A DNA stretch of 64,000 bases from assembly GCA_934086935.1 (NCBI GenBank), contig CAKOIQ010000004.1, positions 8,117 to 72,116 on the forward strand, read 5' to 3'. A model generated the notes under the pieces. It did no database searches, had not been told where the DNA came from, and saw only the letters and a list, made by a program, of their open reading frames with translations. Positions within the stretch are counted from its first letter, which is position 1; each line of letters begins with the position of its first letter. The translations under genes and the position numbers were made by a program. This document shows positions 28,129 through 39,862 of this stretch, piece after piece. The stretch comes from an uncultured Bacilli bacterium (GTDB lineage Bacteria; Bacillota_I; Bacilli_A; RF39; UBA660).

Positions 28129-30284
28129 AATACCCTTCCTTTTCTCATATCTTTTATAGCTTTAGTAATATTTTGATCGATTGAAAATAAAATTGTTCCT
28201 GATAATTCATTAACTTCTTTCAATGTAACTTTTACATAATTACCAATTTTATATTTTTGTTTAGTAGTTCTTCCAACAGCGGTGAAATTACCAGGATGAA
28301 ATTGATAATTATCGCCTAAAATTTGATCATAAGTAGTTATTCCACAAATTCCATCTTCGGTTGTAACAGTTATAAATCTACCATTAATATCGTCAATAGT
28401 TGCAATATATGAAAAACCTATAAATTGTTTCATATAATTAACAATCTTCATTCTTTCTATTTCTTCATCAAGAACTGTTGCCTTAACTTCCATCATCGAA
28501 GCATGTACTGCTTCTTTTTCAACTTCATCTCTTAATATTTCATATTCTTTTTGAGTTAATGTAACTTCGCCATTCTGAATTTTAGTAAACAAGTCTTTTT
28601 GATTTTGATTTCTCGTATCTGAAAATCTTCTATCAGGACTAGTAGTATGACCATATTCTGATAGTGCTAATCCCCAATGACCTTTATTGACAGTGCTATA
28701 TTTAGCTTTAGCGAATGTCGGATAAAAAAGCTTAGAAATAATCGAAAACTTATCAGTTCCTTGAATACAATTTAAAAATTCTCTAATCCTTTCTGGAGTA
28801 CATAATTCTTTAATATTTTCTATTCCTGTATTCAAAGATTCTATAATTGTTTCAGCCTTTTTTACTTTTTGGAGTCTAGGTTCTTCATGAATTCTGTACA
28901 TAAAAGGAACTATATCGGAATTTATATAATTAGTATTACAAAAATTTGCTCCAACCATAAAATATTCAATTATTAATTGAGCTGGTAATGTACCTTTTTT
29001 TTCAATTTCAATAATATTTCCTTCTTCATCATATTCATTATAAGTTTCATTATTTTCTAAACTAATTCTTCCGTGTTTTCTTTCAGCTTCAATCATTTTT
29101 TGTGCAACTACCCACATCTCATTAATTGCTTCAACAAATGGTTCGTATCCCACAGGAATTTCTCCATCTAAAATAATCTTATTAACTTCATCATAAGTCA
29201 TTTTTTTCTTAGATCTAATAATTGAGTCACATACTCGGTAATTAATAATTTCCCCATTTTGATTTACTTCATAAATTGTCGACTTTGTTAATCTATCAAC
29301 ACCCTCATTTAAAGAAAATATTCCATTAGATAAAATTTCTGGATAAAGTGGGATAACAGCATTCCCAAGATAAAGACTAGTAGTATTCTTAGCAGCATGT
29401 TGATATAATAAACTTCCAGGCTTAACATAATGAGATATATTAGTTATATGAACTCCTATTTCCCAATTTCCATTAGCTAACTTTTTAATGCTAACAGCAT
29501 CATCCAAATCTTTAGCACTTACTGGATCAATTGAAAAAATCATTTCCTCTCTAAAATCATTTTCTTTATACATGTCTATTTCATTTGGTAGTACAGTTTG
29601 AGGAATTTTTCTTGCTTCATCTAAAACTTCTTCCGGAAACTCAACTTCAAATCCATTTGCATAAGCAATTAATGCAATATCATCAGATAGAGTTCCATTT
29701 AAAGCGATTCTTTTAACAAATTCACCTGCAAATGAACCATCAACCATCTCTTTATCAATTTTTATTAAAGCATAATTTCCTTTTCCAATTTTTTCAATAA
29801 TATTTTGATCAAGACTAATATTTAATTTACCACGTATTCTTTTAGGCTCAGCTAATAATGTTCCATCATTTTTTTCTACTATTTGGCAAACAATATTAGG
29901 AATACCTCTTTTCAAAATTCTGGTAATAATAACATTTCCTGCATGATTAATATTATATTCAACTTCATCAAATGGAATTGCACCGTTTAAACTATCTTCA
30001 AAAACTATGATTTTGTTACTTTCAGTTGTTGCAAGACTATCTTCTATAAAATAAATACCATCTTTAGTTTTTCTTAAAATACCTTTTTTAATATCACTAG
30101 AATAACAATAATAGTAACCATTATTCAAATAAAGAATACCTTCATATTTAAGTTTTTTTATAATTTTATCAACGTCAACATTTGGGAAATTTTCTTTAAT
30201 AAAAAGACTTAGTTTTGAGTATGATATAAAACCTCTTTTTGAATTACTTATGTACGTTTTTATGCTGTTAATTATATCTTCCAT
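28110..30284 (-). CDS. RNase R/RNase II-family (RNB domain) exoribonuclease with C-terminal S1 domain, diverged motifs
   Basis: SIDPVSAKDLDDAVS (RNB motif I), HITNISHYV, TSLYLGNAVIPLYPEILSNGIFSLNEG, HWGLA...TSPDRRF, and an S1-like C-terminus. GGGAGGAG RBS 7 nt before ATG 30284; the track GTG 30305 lies upstream of that RBS. Confidence 0.75.
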   Translation of the reverse strand: MEDIINSIKTYISNSKRGFISYSKLSLFIKENFPNVDVDKIIKKLKYEGILYLNNGYYYCYSSDIKKGILRKTKDGIYFIEDSLATTESNKIIVFEDSLNGAIPFDEVEYNINHAGNVIITRILKRGIPNIVCQIVEKNDGTLLAEPKRIRGKLNISLDQNIIEKIGKGNYALIKIDKEMVDGSFAGEFVKRIALNGTLSDDIALIAYANGFEVEFPEEVLDEARKIPQTVLPNEIDMYKENDFREEMIFSIDPVSAKDLDDAVSIKKLANGNWEIGVHITNISHYVKPGSLLYQHAAKNTTSLYLGNAVIPLYPEILSNGIFSLNEGVDRLTKSTIYEVNQNGEIINYRVCDSIIRSKKKMTYDEVNKIILDGEIPVGYEPFVEAINEMWVVAQKMIEAERKHGRISLENNETYNEYDEEGNIIEIEKKGTLPAQLIIEYFMVGANFCNTNYINSDIVPFMYRIHEEPRLQKVKKAETIIESLNTGIENIKELCTPERIREFLNCIQGTDKFSIISKLFYPTFAKAKYSTVNKGHWGLALSEYGHTTSPDRRFSDTRNQNQKDLFTKIQNGEVTLTQKEYEILRDEVEKEAVHASMMEVKATVLDEEIERMKIVNYMKQFIGFSYIATIDDINGRFITVTTEDGICGITTYDQILGDNYQFHPGNFTAVGRTTKQKYKIGNYVKVTLKEVNELSGTILFSIDQNITKAIKDMRKGRVLKKEHE

Positions 30285-30439
30285 ACCAAAACTCCTCCCA
30301 AACACTTATACTCCATTATAACCATAGATTTTTTGGAAAGTAAACCATTTTAAATAAAAAATTAAAATTTAATCATTTATTGATTTTAATTAGTTAATGT
30401 GATAGAATTATTTTAGTAAAATATTAACGGAGGTGTCAA

Positions 30440-31411
30440 ATGAAAAAAACAATAGGAGAAAATCTTAGAATTTTACGTCTAAGAAATAACTTATCTATGA
30501 AAGAAGCAGGAAAACAATTAAATTTATCTGCACCTGGGTTATTAAAATACGAAAGAAATCAAATATCTCCAAGTTTTGAGAAACTAGAAAAATTTGCTGA
30601 AGTATACCATACAACAATTAATGAAATAATGGATACTGAACAGTATAATGAAATAAAATTTAATAATTTGAAACTAGAAGGTCTCATCACAAGCGTTAAA
30701 GAAGAAAAGATAAAAAACATTTTGCGAAATAAAATTGATAACTATTTTGAAATACTTTCTATTTCGGATAAAAAACTTCAAAATAAATTTGGTGTTCATA
30801 TTATTAATACTTTGGAAGAAGCTGAAAGTTTAGCAACAAAATTACGTATTTTCTTTACTATTCCCGTTGATGCGCCAATATCTAATTTAATTTATTTATT
30901 AGAAAGTCATGATATGATGATTATTACTATCCCTCAGAGTAAAGATACTGAAGGATTTGTAGGATTTTATGAAACAATCAATAATGTTCCAATTATAGCC
31001 GTTCCTGAAGCAAGTAATGGCTATGAACAACGCTACAATGTTGCTAAATATTTAGGTGAACTTTTAATGGTTTCTTATAATAATAAGGATGCATTAACTA
31101 CAAGATTTGCTCTATCATTACTTATACCTAAACAATCACTCATTAATGAATTTGGTGAAACACGTAATAAAATAGAACAAAAGGAAATTGAAATATATAG
31201 CCGTATATATAAGGTTAGTTACAAAAATATTATTAAAAGATTACAAATGTGTGAAATTATTACTCAAAGTAATGCTAAATACTTAAATATTAATATTAAT
31301 AAGAATGACTTGCATGAACAAATATATACAGAACAAGCAAACAATTATGAAAAAATGCTATATAAATTAATTGCTCAAGGATCATTAAAGGAACCTGAAC
31401 GTTTTAAATAA
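30440..31411 (+). CDS. XRE-family HTH regulator fused to an ImmA/IrrE-like domain lacking the HExxH motif
   Basis: HTH (LRILRLRNNLSMKEAGKQLNLSAPGLLKYERNQISP). The C-terminal domain aligns by eye with DUF955/ImmA, but the RF.LAHELGH position reads RYNVAKYLGEL (31043-31060). Confidence 0.6.
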   Translation: MKKTIGENLRILRLRNNLSMKEAGKQLNLSAPGLLKYERNQISPSFEKLEKFAEVYHTTINEIMDTEQYNEIKFNNLKLEGLITSVKEEKIKNILRNKIDNYFEILSISDKKLQNKFGVHIINTLEEAESLATKLRIFFTIPVDAPISNLIYLLESHDMMIITIPQSKDTEGFVGFYETINNVPIIAVPEASNGYEQRYNVAKYLGELLMVSYNNKDALTTRFALSLLIPKQSLINEFGETRNKIEQKEIEIYSRIYKVSYKNIIKRLQMCEIITQSNAKYLNININKNDLHEQIYTEQANNYEKMLYKLIAQGSLKEPERFK

Positions 31412-31432
31412 AAGTCTCAAATGACTTTTTTT
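31411..31432 (+). terminator. Intrinsic terminator
   Basis: aaagtc / gacttt stem, 6-nt loop, T-run. Confidence 0.55.
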
Positions 31433-31589
31433 AAAAATAATAATGACAAACAAATATATGTATATTATAGCTTTAGTATTAAATAAAATAGCCATACCAT
31501 AAAAAACAAATTTAATATAAAAACAAAATCAATTCTTTAAAATTAAATTACAAAATGGTATAATATTTTTATTGAAATAGTGAGGTATT

Positions 31590-33668
31590 ATGGAATTATT
31601 AGACAAACTTAACAACGAACAAAAAGAAGCAGTAACTCATATAAATGGACCTGTTTTAGTAATGGCAGGAGCAGGTTCAGGAAAAACAAAAGTATTAACT
31701 ACTAGAATTGCTTATTTAATAGATCAAGGAATAAATGATTATAATATTTTAGCTATAACCTTTACTAATAAAGCAGCTAAAGAAATGCGAGATAGAGTAA
31801 ATAATATTATTGGCGATTGTCATTCATTTATCGGAACATTTCACTCTTTAGGCCTTAGAATAATTAGAGAAAATAATACTTTTTTTAATTTGCCAAACAA
31901 TTTTACAATTATTGACAGTGATGACACTAATACTATTGTAAAAAGAATTCTAAAAGATATGAACTTAGATTCAAAACAATACAGTCCATCATATGTTAGA
32001 AATAGAATAAGTTTTATTAAAAATCAAATGTTATCCGATATGGAATTAGATAAATTATTTAATACACCAATGGACAAAGTTGTTGTTGAAGTATATCATA
32101 AATATAATGAAAAACTTAGAACTAGCGCCTCAGTTGATTTTGATGATTTATTAGTGCTACCAGTAGAATTATTTCAAAAAAATAAAGCAGCTCTAGAACA
32201 TTATCAAGACAAATATAAATATATATTAATTGATGAGTATCAGGACACAAACCCTGTTCAATATAAATTATCAGTTCTACTAGCAAATAAATATCAAAAT
32301 ATCTTTGTTGTCGGCGATATGAACCAAAGTATCTATGCCTTTAGACAAGCAGATTATCGTAATATAATTAACTTTGAGAAAGATTTTAAGAATTGTAAAA
32401 CTATCAAATTAGAGCATAATTATCGAAGTACTAACACTATCTTAGATGCTGCCAATGATGTAATAAGTCACAATAAAGAAAGAAAAGACTTAAAGCTTTA
32501 TTCAGATAAAGGTGATGGAGTAAAAATAAAATATTTACGTAGCTATGATGAAAAACATGAAATTGCTTTAGTTATCGATGAAATAAACGATTTACTTACA
32601 AAAGGATATAATCCCTCAGATATAGCAATCTTATATCGGACTAATGCCCAATCACGTGTAGTAGAAGATGTCTTCCTATCAAAAGGAATTCCTTATAAAG
32701 TATTTGGTAGTTATTACTTCTATAATCGTAAAGAAATCAAAGATTTATTAAGCTATTTAAGACTAATTTATAATCCTCAAGATGAAATAAGTTTAAGAAG
32801 AGTTATAAATACCCCTAAAAGAGGAATTGGGGAATCTGCAATTAAAGAAATTGAACAAAGAGCAAAAGAAAATAATACTTCCATGTTTGAATCCTTAGAT
32901 ACTAAAAAAGAATTGGAATTTAAAGAAATAATTAATAAATTAATTAAAAAAAGTGAAAACCTATCATTAACTGAACTAATAGACGAAGTATTAGAAGATT
33001 CTGGATTAAAGAAAGAACTAGAACAAGTCAAATCCCTAGAAAATGAAATAAGATTAGAAAATTTAATGGAATTTAAAAGTATAACAGCTTCATTTGAAGA
33101 AAGAACTGGTTCTGTTAATTTAGGAGATTTTTTAGAAGAAGTATCTTTAATTGCTGATATTTCAAATCATACTGAAGATGGTAATGTAGTAACTTTAATG
33201 ACACTACATAGTGCTAAAGGTTTAGAATTTCCGGTGGTATTTTTAATTGGTATGGAAGAAGGAGTTTTTCCCCATAATATGTCTCTTATGGAAGATAATA
33301 TTGAAGAAGAAAGACGTCTATGTTATGTGGGTATTACCAGAGCCAAAGACATTCTATATTTAACAAACGCTAAAAGAAGAATGTTATACGGAAAAGATAC
33401 AGAAAATATGCCATCAAGATTTATTTCCGAAATAAATGAAAAACTTTTAGAAAAGAACAACACCGTTAAAGAACCTAAAATAATAAATAAGAAAGATATG
33501 TACACGGAAAGCGAAAATAATGATATAGTAGTAGGAAGCATTATTTCTCATGAACAATATGGAACTGGAGCGGTTATATCAGTTGATGGTTCACTTATTT
33601 CTGTGGCGTTCAAATCTGGAATTAAGAAATTAATGAAAAATCACAAAAGTATAAAAAAATTAAGTTAG
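31590..33668 (+). CDS. pcrA: ATP-dependent DNA helicase PcrA (UvrD/Rep family)
   Basis: LNNEQKEAV, AGAGSGKTKVLT, ILIDEYQDTN, TLHSAKGLEFPVVF, ERRLCYVGITRAK. Confidence 0.92.
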   Translation: MELLDKLNNEQKEAVTHINGPVLVMAGAGSGKTKVLTTRIAYLIDQGINDYNILAITFTNKAAKEMRDRVNNIIGDCHSFIGTFHSLGLRIIRENNTFFNLPNNFTIIDSDDTNTIVKRILKDMNLDSKQYSPSYVRNRISFIKNQMLSDMELDKLFNTPMDKVVVEVYHKYNEKLRTSASVDFDDLLVLPVELFQKNKAALEHYQDKYKYILIDEYQDTNPVQYKLSVLLANKYQNIFVVGDMNQSIYAFRQADYRNIINFEKDFKNCKTIKLEHNYRSTNTILDAANDVISHNKERKDLKLYSDKGDGVKIKYLRSYDEKHEIALVIDEINDLLTKGYNPSDIAILYRTNAQSRVVEDVFLSKGIPYKVFGSYYFYNRKEIKDLLSYLRLIYNPQDEISLRRVINTPKRGIGESAIKEIEQRAKENNTSMFESLDTKKELEFKEIINKLIKKSENLSLTELIDEVLEDSGLKKELEQVKSLENEIRLENLMEFKSITASFEERTGSVNLGDFLEEVSLIADISNHTEDGNVVTLMTLHSAKGLEFPVVFLIGMEEGVFPHNMSLMEDNIEEERRLCYVGITRAKDILYLTNAKRRMLYGKDTENMPSRFISEINEKLLEKNNTVKEPKIINKKDMYTESENNDIVVGSIISHEQYGTGAVISVDGSLISVAFKSGIKKLMKNHKSIKKLS

Positions 33669-33682
33669 ATAAAAATAAATAA

Positions 33683-35680
<1,998 letters not shown>

Positions 35681-35755
35681 GAGATAATTTGTCAAAAAAA
35701 CTGATTTGAATTATATATTTATGTATAGTATAATATGAATACGAGGTGGATAATT

Positions 35756-36235
35756 ATGGGAAAATTAAAGGGGTTCTATAAGAATAATCGTATATATTGC
35801 ATAATGATGGGAATTAGTATATTTTGCATAGCCTTAATTGGTGTAGCATTCTTAATGTATTTTATTAATCAAACCAAAACAGATGCTTACGGTGATCGTT
35901 TAAACGGAATAGAAAACGTAAAAATATCAGATAAACATAAAGAAGAAATAATATCAGGAATCAAAGAAAATAAAATGGTTGATTCAGTAACAATAAATGT
36001 AAAAGGAAAACTAATATATATAAATGTATATTTAAATTCTGGAAAAAGAGAAGATGGTCAGAGTATTGCCATTAAATCACTAGATCTTTTAACTGAAGAA
36101 GAAAAAGAATTCTATGATATCAATTTTACTTTTAGTAAAGAAGCAAAATCAGAAAAAGATACAGGATTTGTTATGATGGGTTACAAAAAAAGTGATGCTA
36201 CAATTATTTCTTGGACAAAGGATAATGGTGAATAA
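35756..36235 (+). CDS. Membrane-anchored protein of unknown function
   Basis: One N-terminal TM. TATAAT at 35729-34 and GAGGTGG RBS place the start at ATG 35756 rather than 35735. Overlaps the next gene (ATAATGA). Confidence 0.4.
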   Translation: MGKLKGFYKNNRIYCIMMGISIFCIALIGVAFLMYFINQTKTDAYGDRLNGIENVKISDKHKEEIISGIKENKMVDSVTINVKGKLIYINVYLNSGKREDGQSIAIKSLDLLTEEEKEFYDINFTFSKEAKSEKDTGFVMMGYKKSDATIISWTKDNGE

Positions 36236-38274
36236 TGAAAAGGAAAAAGAAATTAATAATTACAATTGTATCCCTAGTATTAGTTGCAATTGCAGGCATA
36301 TTTGTCTATTACAATTATTTTTATGATGCTAACAAATTAAACATTTCTGAAAAAGAATGGATTAATGATAATAAAGCAAACATTATTTCCTTTAATGTTC
36401 CATCAGAACTTAACGTTTTTGGTAAAGATGGCAAAGGTGTTTTTTATGATTATATTGAAGATTTAAGTAAAAAATACAATATTAATATTGACAAAAAAAT
36501 AACCCCAATTATTGGTGGTGCAGGCATAGGATTTAGTGTTACAAAAGACATTTCTGATAAAGATTTATTATTTTATCAAGACCATTATGTAATAGTTGGA
36601 AGAGATTATGAGGTTATAACTTCCGTATCAGATTTAAATGGAAAAACAATAGGCGGATTATCAGATGGAATTTCTCGATTAAACTCTAGCTATAAAACAT
36701 CTATAACATTTAACACTTATGAAACAAAAGATAAATTAATAACAGCAATGACAAATAAAAATATCAATTATATGTTGATTCCATTAAATGAATATTTAGA
36801 TGAAATCATTACAAAAAATTATAATATTATTTATCATTTAGATAATCTAGTATTAAATTACTACATAAAATTAGGAGATAATGATAAATTTAATTCGATA
36901 GTTACAAAATACTATAATATTTGGAGAAAAGAATCTTTAGAAAATAGTTACTATTCAAATTTATATGAATTGTATGTTGAAAAACTAGGATTAACTGAAT
37001 TAGAAACTGACACATTAACTAACAAAGTATATACATTTGGTTTTGTTAATACCACACCATATCATGCCTTAAGTAGTTCAAAATATGGTGGTATGATAAT
37101 TGAGTATTTAAAAGATTTTAGTAAATTCAGTAATGTAGAGTTTAAATATAATAAATATAAAAATTATAACAGTTTAATTAAAGCATTCAATAATAAAAAA
37201 GTAGATTTAATATTTAATGATACATCTTTAACATCAAATAATTATTTTATTAAAACAAACATCAATGAAAAATTTTACATCATTAGTCCATTAGAAAAAA
37301 ATCACTTATATAATGATTTAAGTGAAATTTCTAATGAAACCATATATGTTATTGAAAATAGTGAATTATCGAAATACTTAAAAACCAAAAATAATATTAA
37401 ACTTGAAGAAGTCAGTAATGAAAAAAAATTAATTAAACAAGCAAAAAAAGGACAACTAATAGCTTTAGATTCTTCAACATATGAGTATTATCAAAATAAT
37501 AAAATAAATAACTATTATGTTAGTTATACAGGTTACACAACAGATAATTATAATTTTAAATATGTAAACAACACAGATACATTCCATAAATTATTCAAAG
37601 CATATGTTAATCGACTAAGCAGTAAAGATATGCTAAGAAACGGATTACTTTCTTATGAACAAGCAGAAACAAATGGTAATGCAGCAAGCACTATTGCTAA
37701 ATATGCTTTAATTATTATTTCTGTATCCGTTGCCGTAACTGGAATAGTAATTTATTCAAAAAAACATATAAAAATTAATTCAAAAATTAGAAAAGATGAA
37801 AAATTAAAATATGTAGATATGCTAACATCCTTAAAAAATCGAAATTACTTAAATGAAAGAATGGATATTTGGAATCAAAACACTATTTATCCACAAGCAA
37901 TAATTGTCATAGATTTAAATAATATTAAATATTTGAATGATACATTTGGACATGAAGAAGGCGACAAACAAATCATGGCTGCTGCTAATATTCTTCACCA
38001 AACTCAATTAGATAACACCGAAATTATGAGAACCGATGGTAATGAGTTCATGATATATCTAGTTGGATATCAAGAAAAGCAAGTAATTAATTATTTAAAG
38101 AAATTAGTAAAAGAATTTAATGAACTTCCATATGAATACGGAGCTGCATTTGGATTTAGTATGATAGTTGACGATCTAAAATTAATAGATGATGCTATTA
38201 ATGAAGCAACTATTCAAATGAGAGAAAATAAAGAGATAGAGGCAGAAGCTAATGAAGAAAAAGAAATCCTTTAG
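36235..38274 (+). CDS. Sensor-type membrane protein: tandem solute-binding-like extracytoplasmic domains, TM, degenerate GGDEF domain
   Basis: N-terminal TM, about 450-aa exported region with two SBP_bac_3-like halves, second TM (ALIIISVSVAVTGIVIY), GGDEF fold (LTSLKNRNYLN...VIDLNNIKYLNDTFGHEEGD...RTDGNEF) with DGNEF at 38035-38049. Confidence 0.6.
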   Translation: MKRKKKLIITIVSLVLVAIAGIFVYYNYFYDANKLNISEKEWINDNKANIISFNVPSELNVFGKDGKGVFYDYIEDLSKKYNINIDKKITPIIGGAGIGFSVTKDISDKDLLFYQDHYVIVGRDYEVITSVSDLNGKTIGGLSDGISRLNSSYKTSITFNTYETKDKLITAMTNKNINYMLIPLNEYLDEIITKNYNIIYHLDNLVLNYYIKLGDNDKFNSIVTKYYNIWRKESLENSYYSNLYELYVEKLGLTELETDTLTNKVYTFGFVNTTPYHALSSSKYGGMIIEYLKDFSKFSNVEFKYNKYKNYNSLIKAFNNKKVDLIFNDTSLTSNNYFIKTNINEKFYIISPLEKNHLYNDLSEISNETIYVIENSELSKYLKTKNNIKLEEVSNEKKLIKQAKKGQLIALDSSTYEYYQNNKINNYYVSYTGYTTDNYNFKYVNNTDTFHKLFKAYVNRLSSKDMLRNGLLSYEQAETNGNAASTIAKYALIIISVSVAVTGIVIYSKKHIKINSKIRKDEKLKYVDMLTSLKNRNYLNERMDIWNQNTIYPQAIIVIDLNNIKYLNDTFGHEEGDKQIMAAANILHQTQLDNTEIMRTDGNEFMIYLVGYQEKQVINYLKKLVKEFNELPYEYGAAFGFSMIVDDLKLIDDAINEATIQMRENKEIEAEANEEKEIL

Positions 38275-39112
38275 TAAACAAATAAATCGTGCTAAAGCCT
38301 TTATTAAAAAAGTATGGGAAATATTAAATAAACCAGAAATGGTAATATTACCAGGTCAACTTGCTTTTTTTCTTGTACTATCCTTAGTACCAATAATAAC
38401 AATAATAGGTTATGGAGCATCATTTTTTAATATTTCAATAGATACAATTATAGAATTCTTAAAAGCCAATTTTGATCAAAATATAGTTAAACTTATAGTA
38501 CCAATAATAAGTGGTAAATCATTAGACTTTAATTATATATGTATGATTATAGTAATGTTATATTTTGCTTCTAATAGTGCAGATTCTATAATTATCACTG
38601 CCAATGAAATTTATGGCATTAAGCAAAGTACTTGGTTAAAAAGAAGAATAAAAGCCATCGGCTTAACATTCCTTATAATAGTTTTATATTTATTTGTTCT
38701 AATAGTTCCTTTATTAGGCGAAAAAATCATCGACACGTTTGATTACTTTCATTTAAAGAACGTTATAACCAGTATTTTAAAAATAATTCAAGGGCCTATA
38801 TCTTGGTTAATAATATTTGCTTTTATAAAAACAATATTTACAATTGCCCCTGATAAACATATCCCTTCATCACAAATAAATATCGGATCTTTATTTACAA
38901 CAATCGGATGGATTTTAACAACTGAAATATATGGATATTATGCATCACATTTTGCTAGATACGACATATTTTATGCTGGTCTATCAAATATAGCAGTTCT
39001 AATGTTATGGATCTATTTCTTAAGTTGCATTTTTGTGATTGGTTTAAGTTTAACAACCAGTGTTGAAAAGGATGAATTGGAAAAAACAGGTTCTATAAAT
39101 ATTGCTAAATAA
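38252..39112 (+). CDS. YihY/BrkB-family membrane protein
   Basis: LPGQLAFFLVLSLVPII and six TM segments typical of the family. Confidence 0.7.
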   Translation: MKKKKSFSKQINRAKAFIKKVWEILNKPEMVILPGQLAFFLVLSLVPIITIIGYGASFFNISIDTIIEFLKANFDQNIVKLIVPIISGKSLDFNYICMIIVMLYFASNSADSIIITANEIYGIKQSTWLKRRIKAIGLTFLIIVLYLFVLIVPLLGEKIIDTFDYFHLKNVITSILKIIQGPISWLIIFAFIKTIFTIAPDKHIPSSQINIGSLFTTIGWILTTEIYGYYASHFARYDIFYAGLSNIAVLMLWIYFLSCIFVIGLSLTTSVEKDELEKTGSINIAK

Positions 39113-39120
39113 TGCATAAT

Positions 39121-39163
39121 AATAACATGTACACGAGTATTACTTAGTACATGTTATTTTTTC
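39121..39163 (+). terminator. Intrinsic terminator
   Basis: aataacatgtac / gtacatgttatt perfect 12-bp stem plus T-run. Confidence 0.8.
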
Positions 39164-39214
39164 ACGATCTCAATCTAGTTTTGTCGAACTAACGATATTG
39201 TGGAGTAATATTTG

Positions 39215-39245
39215 AGAAATAGTTATATACTATTTCTTTTTTTTG
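39215..39245 (+). terminator. Second intrinsic terminator about 50 nt downstream
   Basis: agaaatag / ctatttct stem plus T8. Confidence 0.65.
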
Positions 39246-39313
39246 TTATTATATAATTGTATTTTATTTTGAAAAATTAAATATATGTGCTAAAATATTA
39301 ATTAGGTGGGAAA

Positions 39314-39805
39314 ATGAAACAAAAAAGATTAAAAACACAAAAATATGATAGTGAAGACACAAAAGAAATTAGAAATTTAATTATTATTGCTGTAATTTTA
39401 ATTGCACTAGCAGTTGGACTTTATTTTTTAACAGATTCAATTTTAAAAAAGAAAACTAACAACACTACCAAAGTAGAATTTGATTACACAGAATGTACTG
39501 TAGGTACTATGTTTAACCGACCATATGATGAATATTATGTATTCCTTTTTGATTCAACATCAACAAGTGCATCACAATACCAATCTTTAATTTCAAATTA
39601 TGAAAAGAAAGAAAACTCTAAAAAAATCTATTTTGTAGATTTAAGTATTAAATTTAATAGTCCTTATGTTGGTGAAAAATCAAATAAAAAACCTACAAAA
39701 GCAAGTGAAGTACAGATAAAAGATTCAGCCCTTATATTGATAAAAAATGGCAAAGTGTCTAAATATTATGAAAGTGTAACAGATTATGAAAAAGTGTTAA
39801 ATTAA
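39314..39805 (+). CDS. Membrane-anchored protein of unknown function (thioredoxin-fold-like, no CxxC)
   Basis: N-terminal TM. YYVFLFDS...IYFVDL...ALILIKNGKV pattern resembles a redox-inactive thioredoxin-like fold; this is a weak call. Confidence 0.3.
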   Translation: MKQKRLKTQKYDSEDTKEIRNLIIIAVILIALAVGLYFLTDSILKKKTNNTTKVEFDYTECTVGTMFNRPYDEYYVFLFDSTSTSASQYQSLISNYEKKENSKKIYFVDLSIKFNSPYVGEKSNKKPTKASEVQIKDSALILIKNGKVSKYYESVTDYEKVLN

Positions 39806-39862
39806 CACTTTTTTTATTTTGTTAAATATAATTTTATGATATGATTAAAATGAGATGATAAT

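Noticed and set aside
30340-30400. AT-rich inverted repeat (TTAAAAT...ATTTTAA) in the RNB/XRE divergent region as an operator.
   Set aside because: Seven-bp A/T-only palindromes are expected by chance at this base composition, so this cannot be supported without binding data.
37887-37895. Perfect DnaA-box-like 9-mer TTATCCACA.
   Set aside because: It is a single isolated copy inside the GGDEF-like CDS, with no cluster or AT-rich unwinding element nearby, so it is most likely chance.
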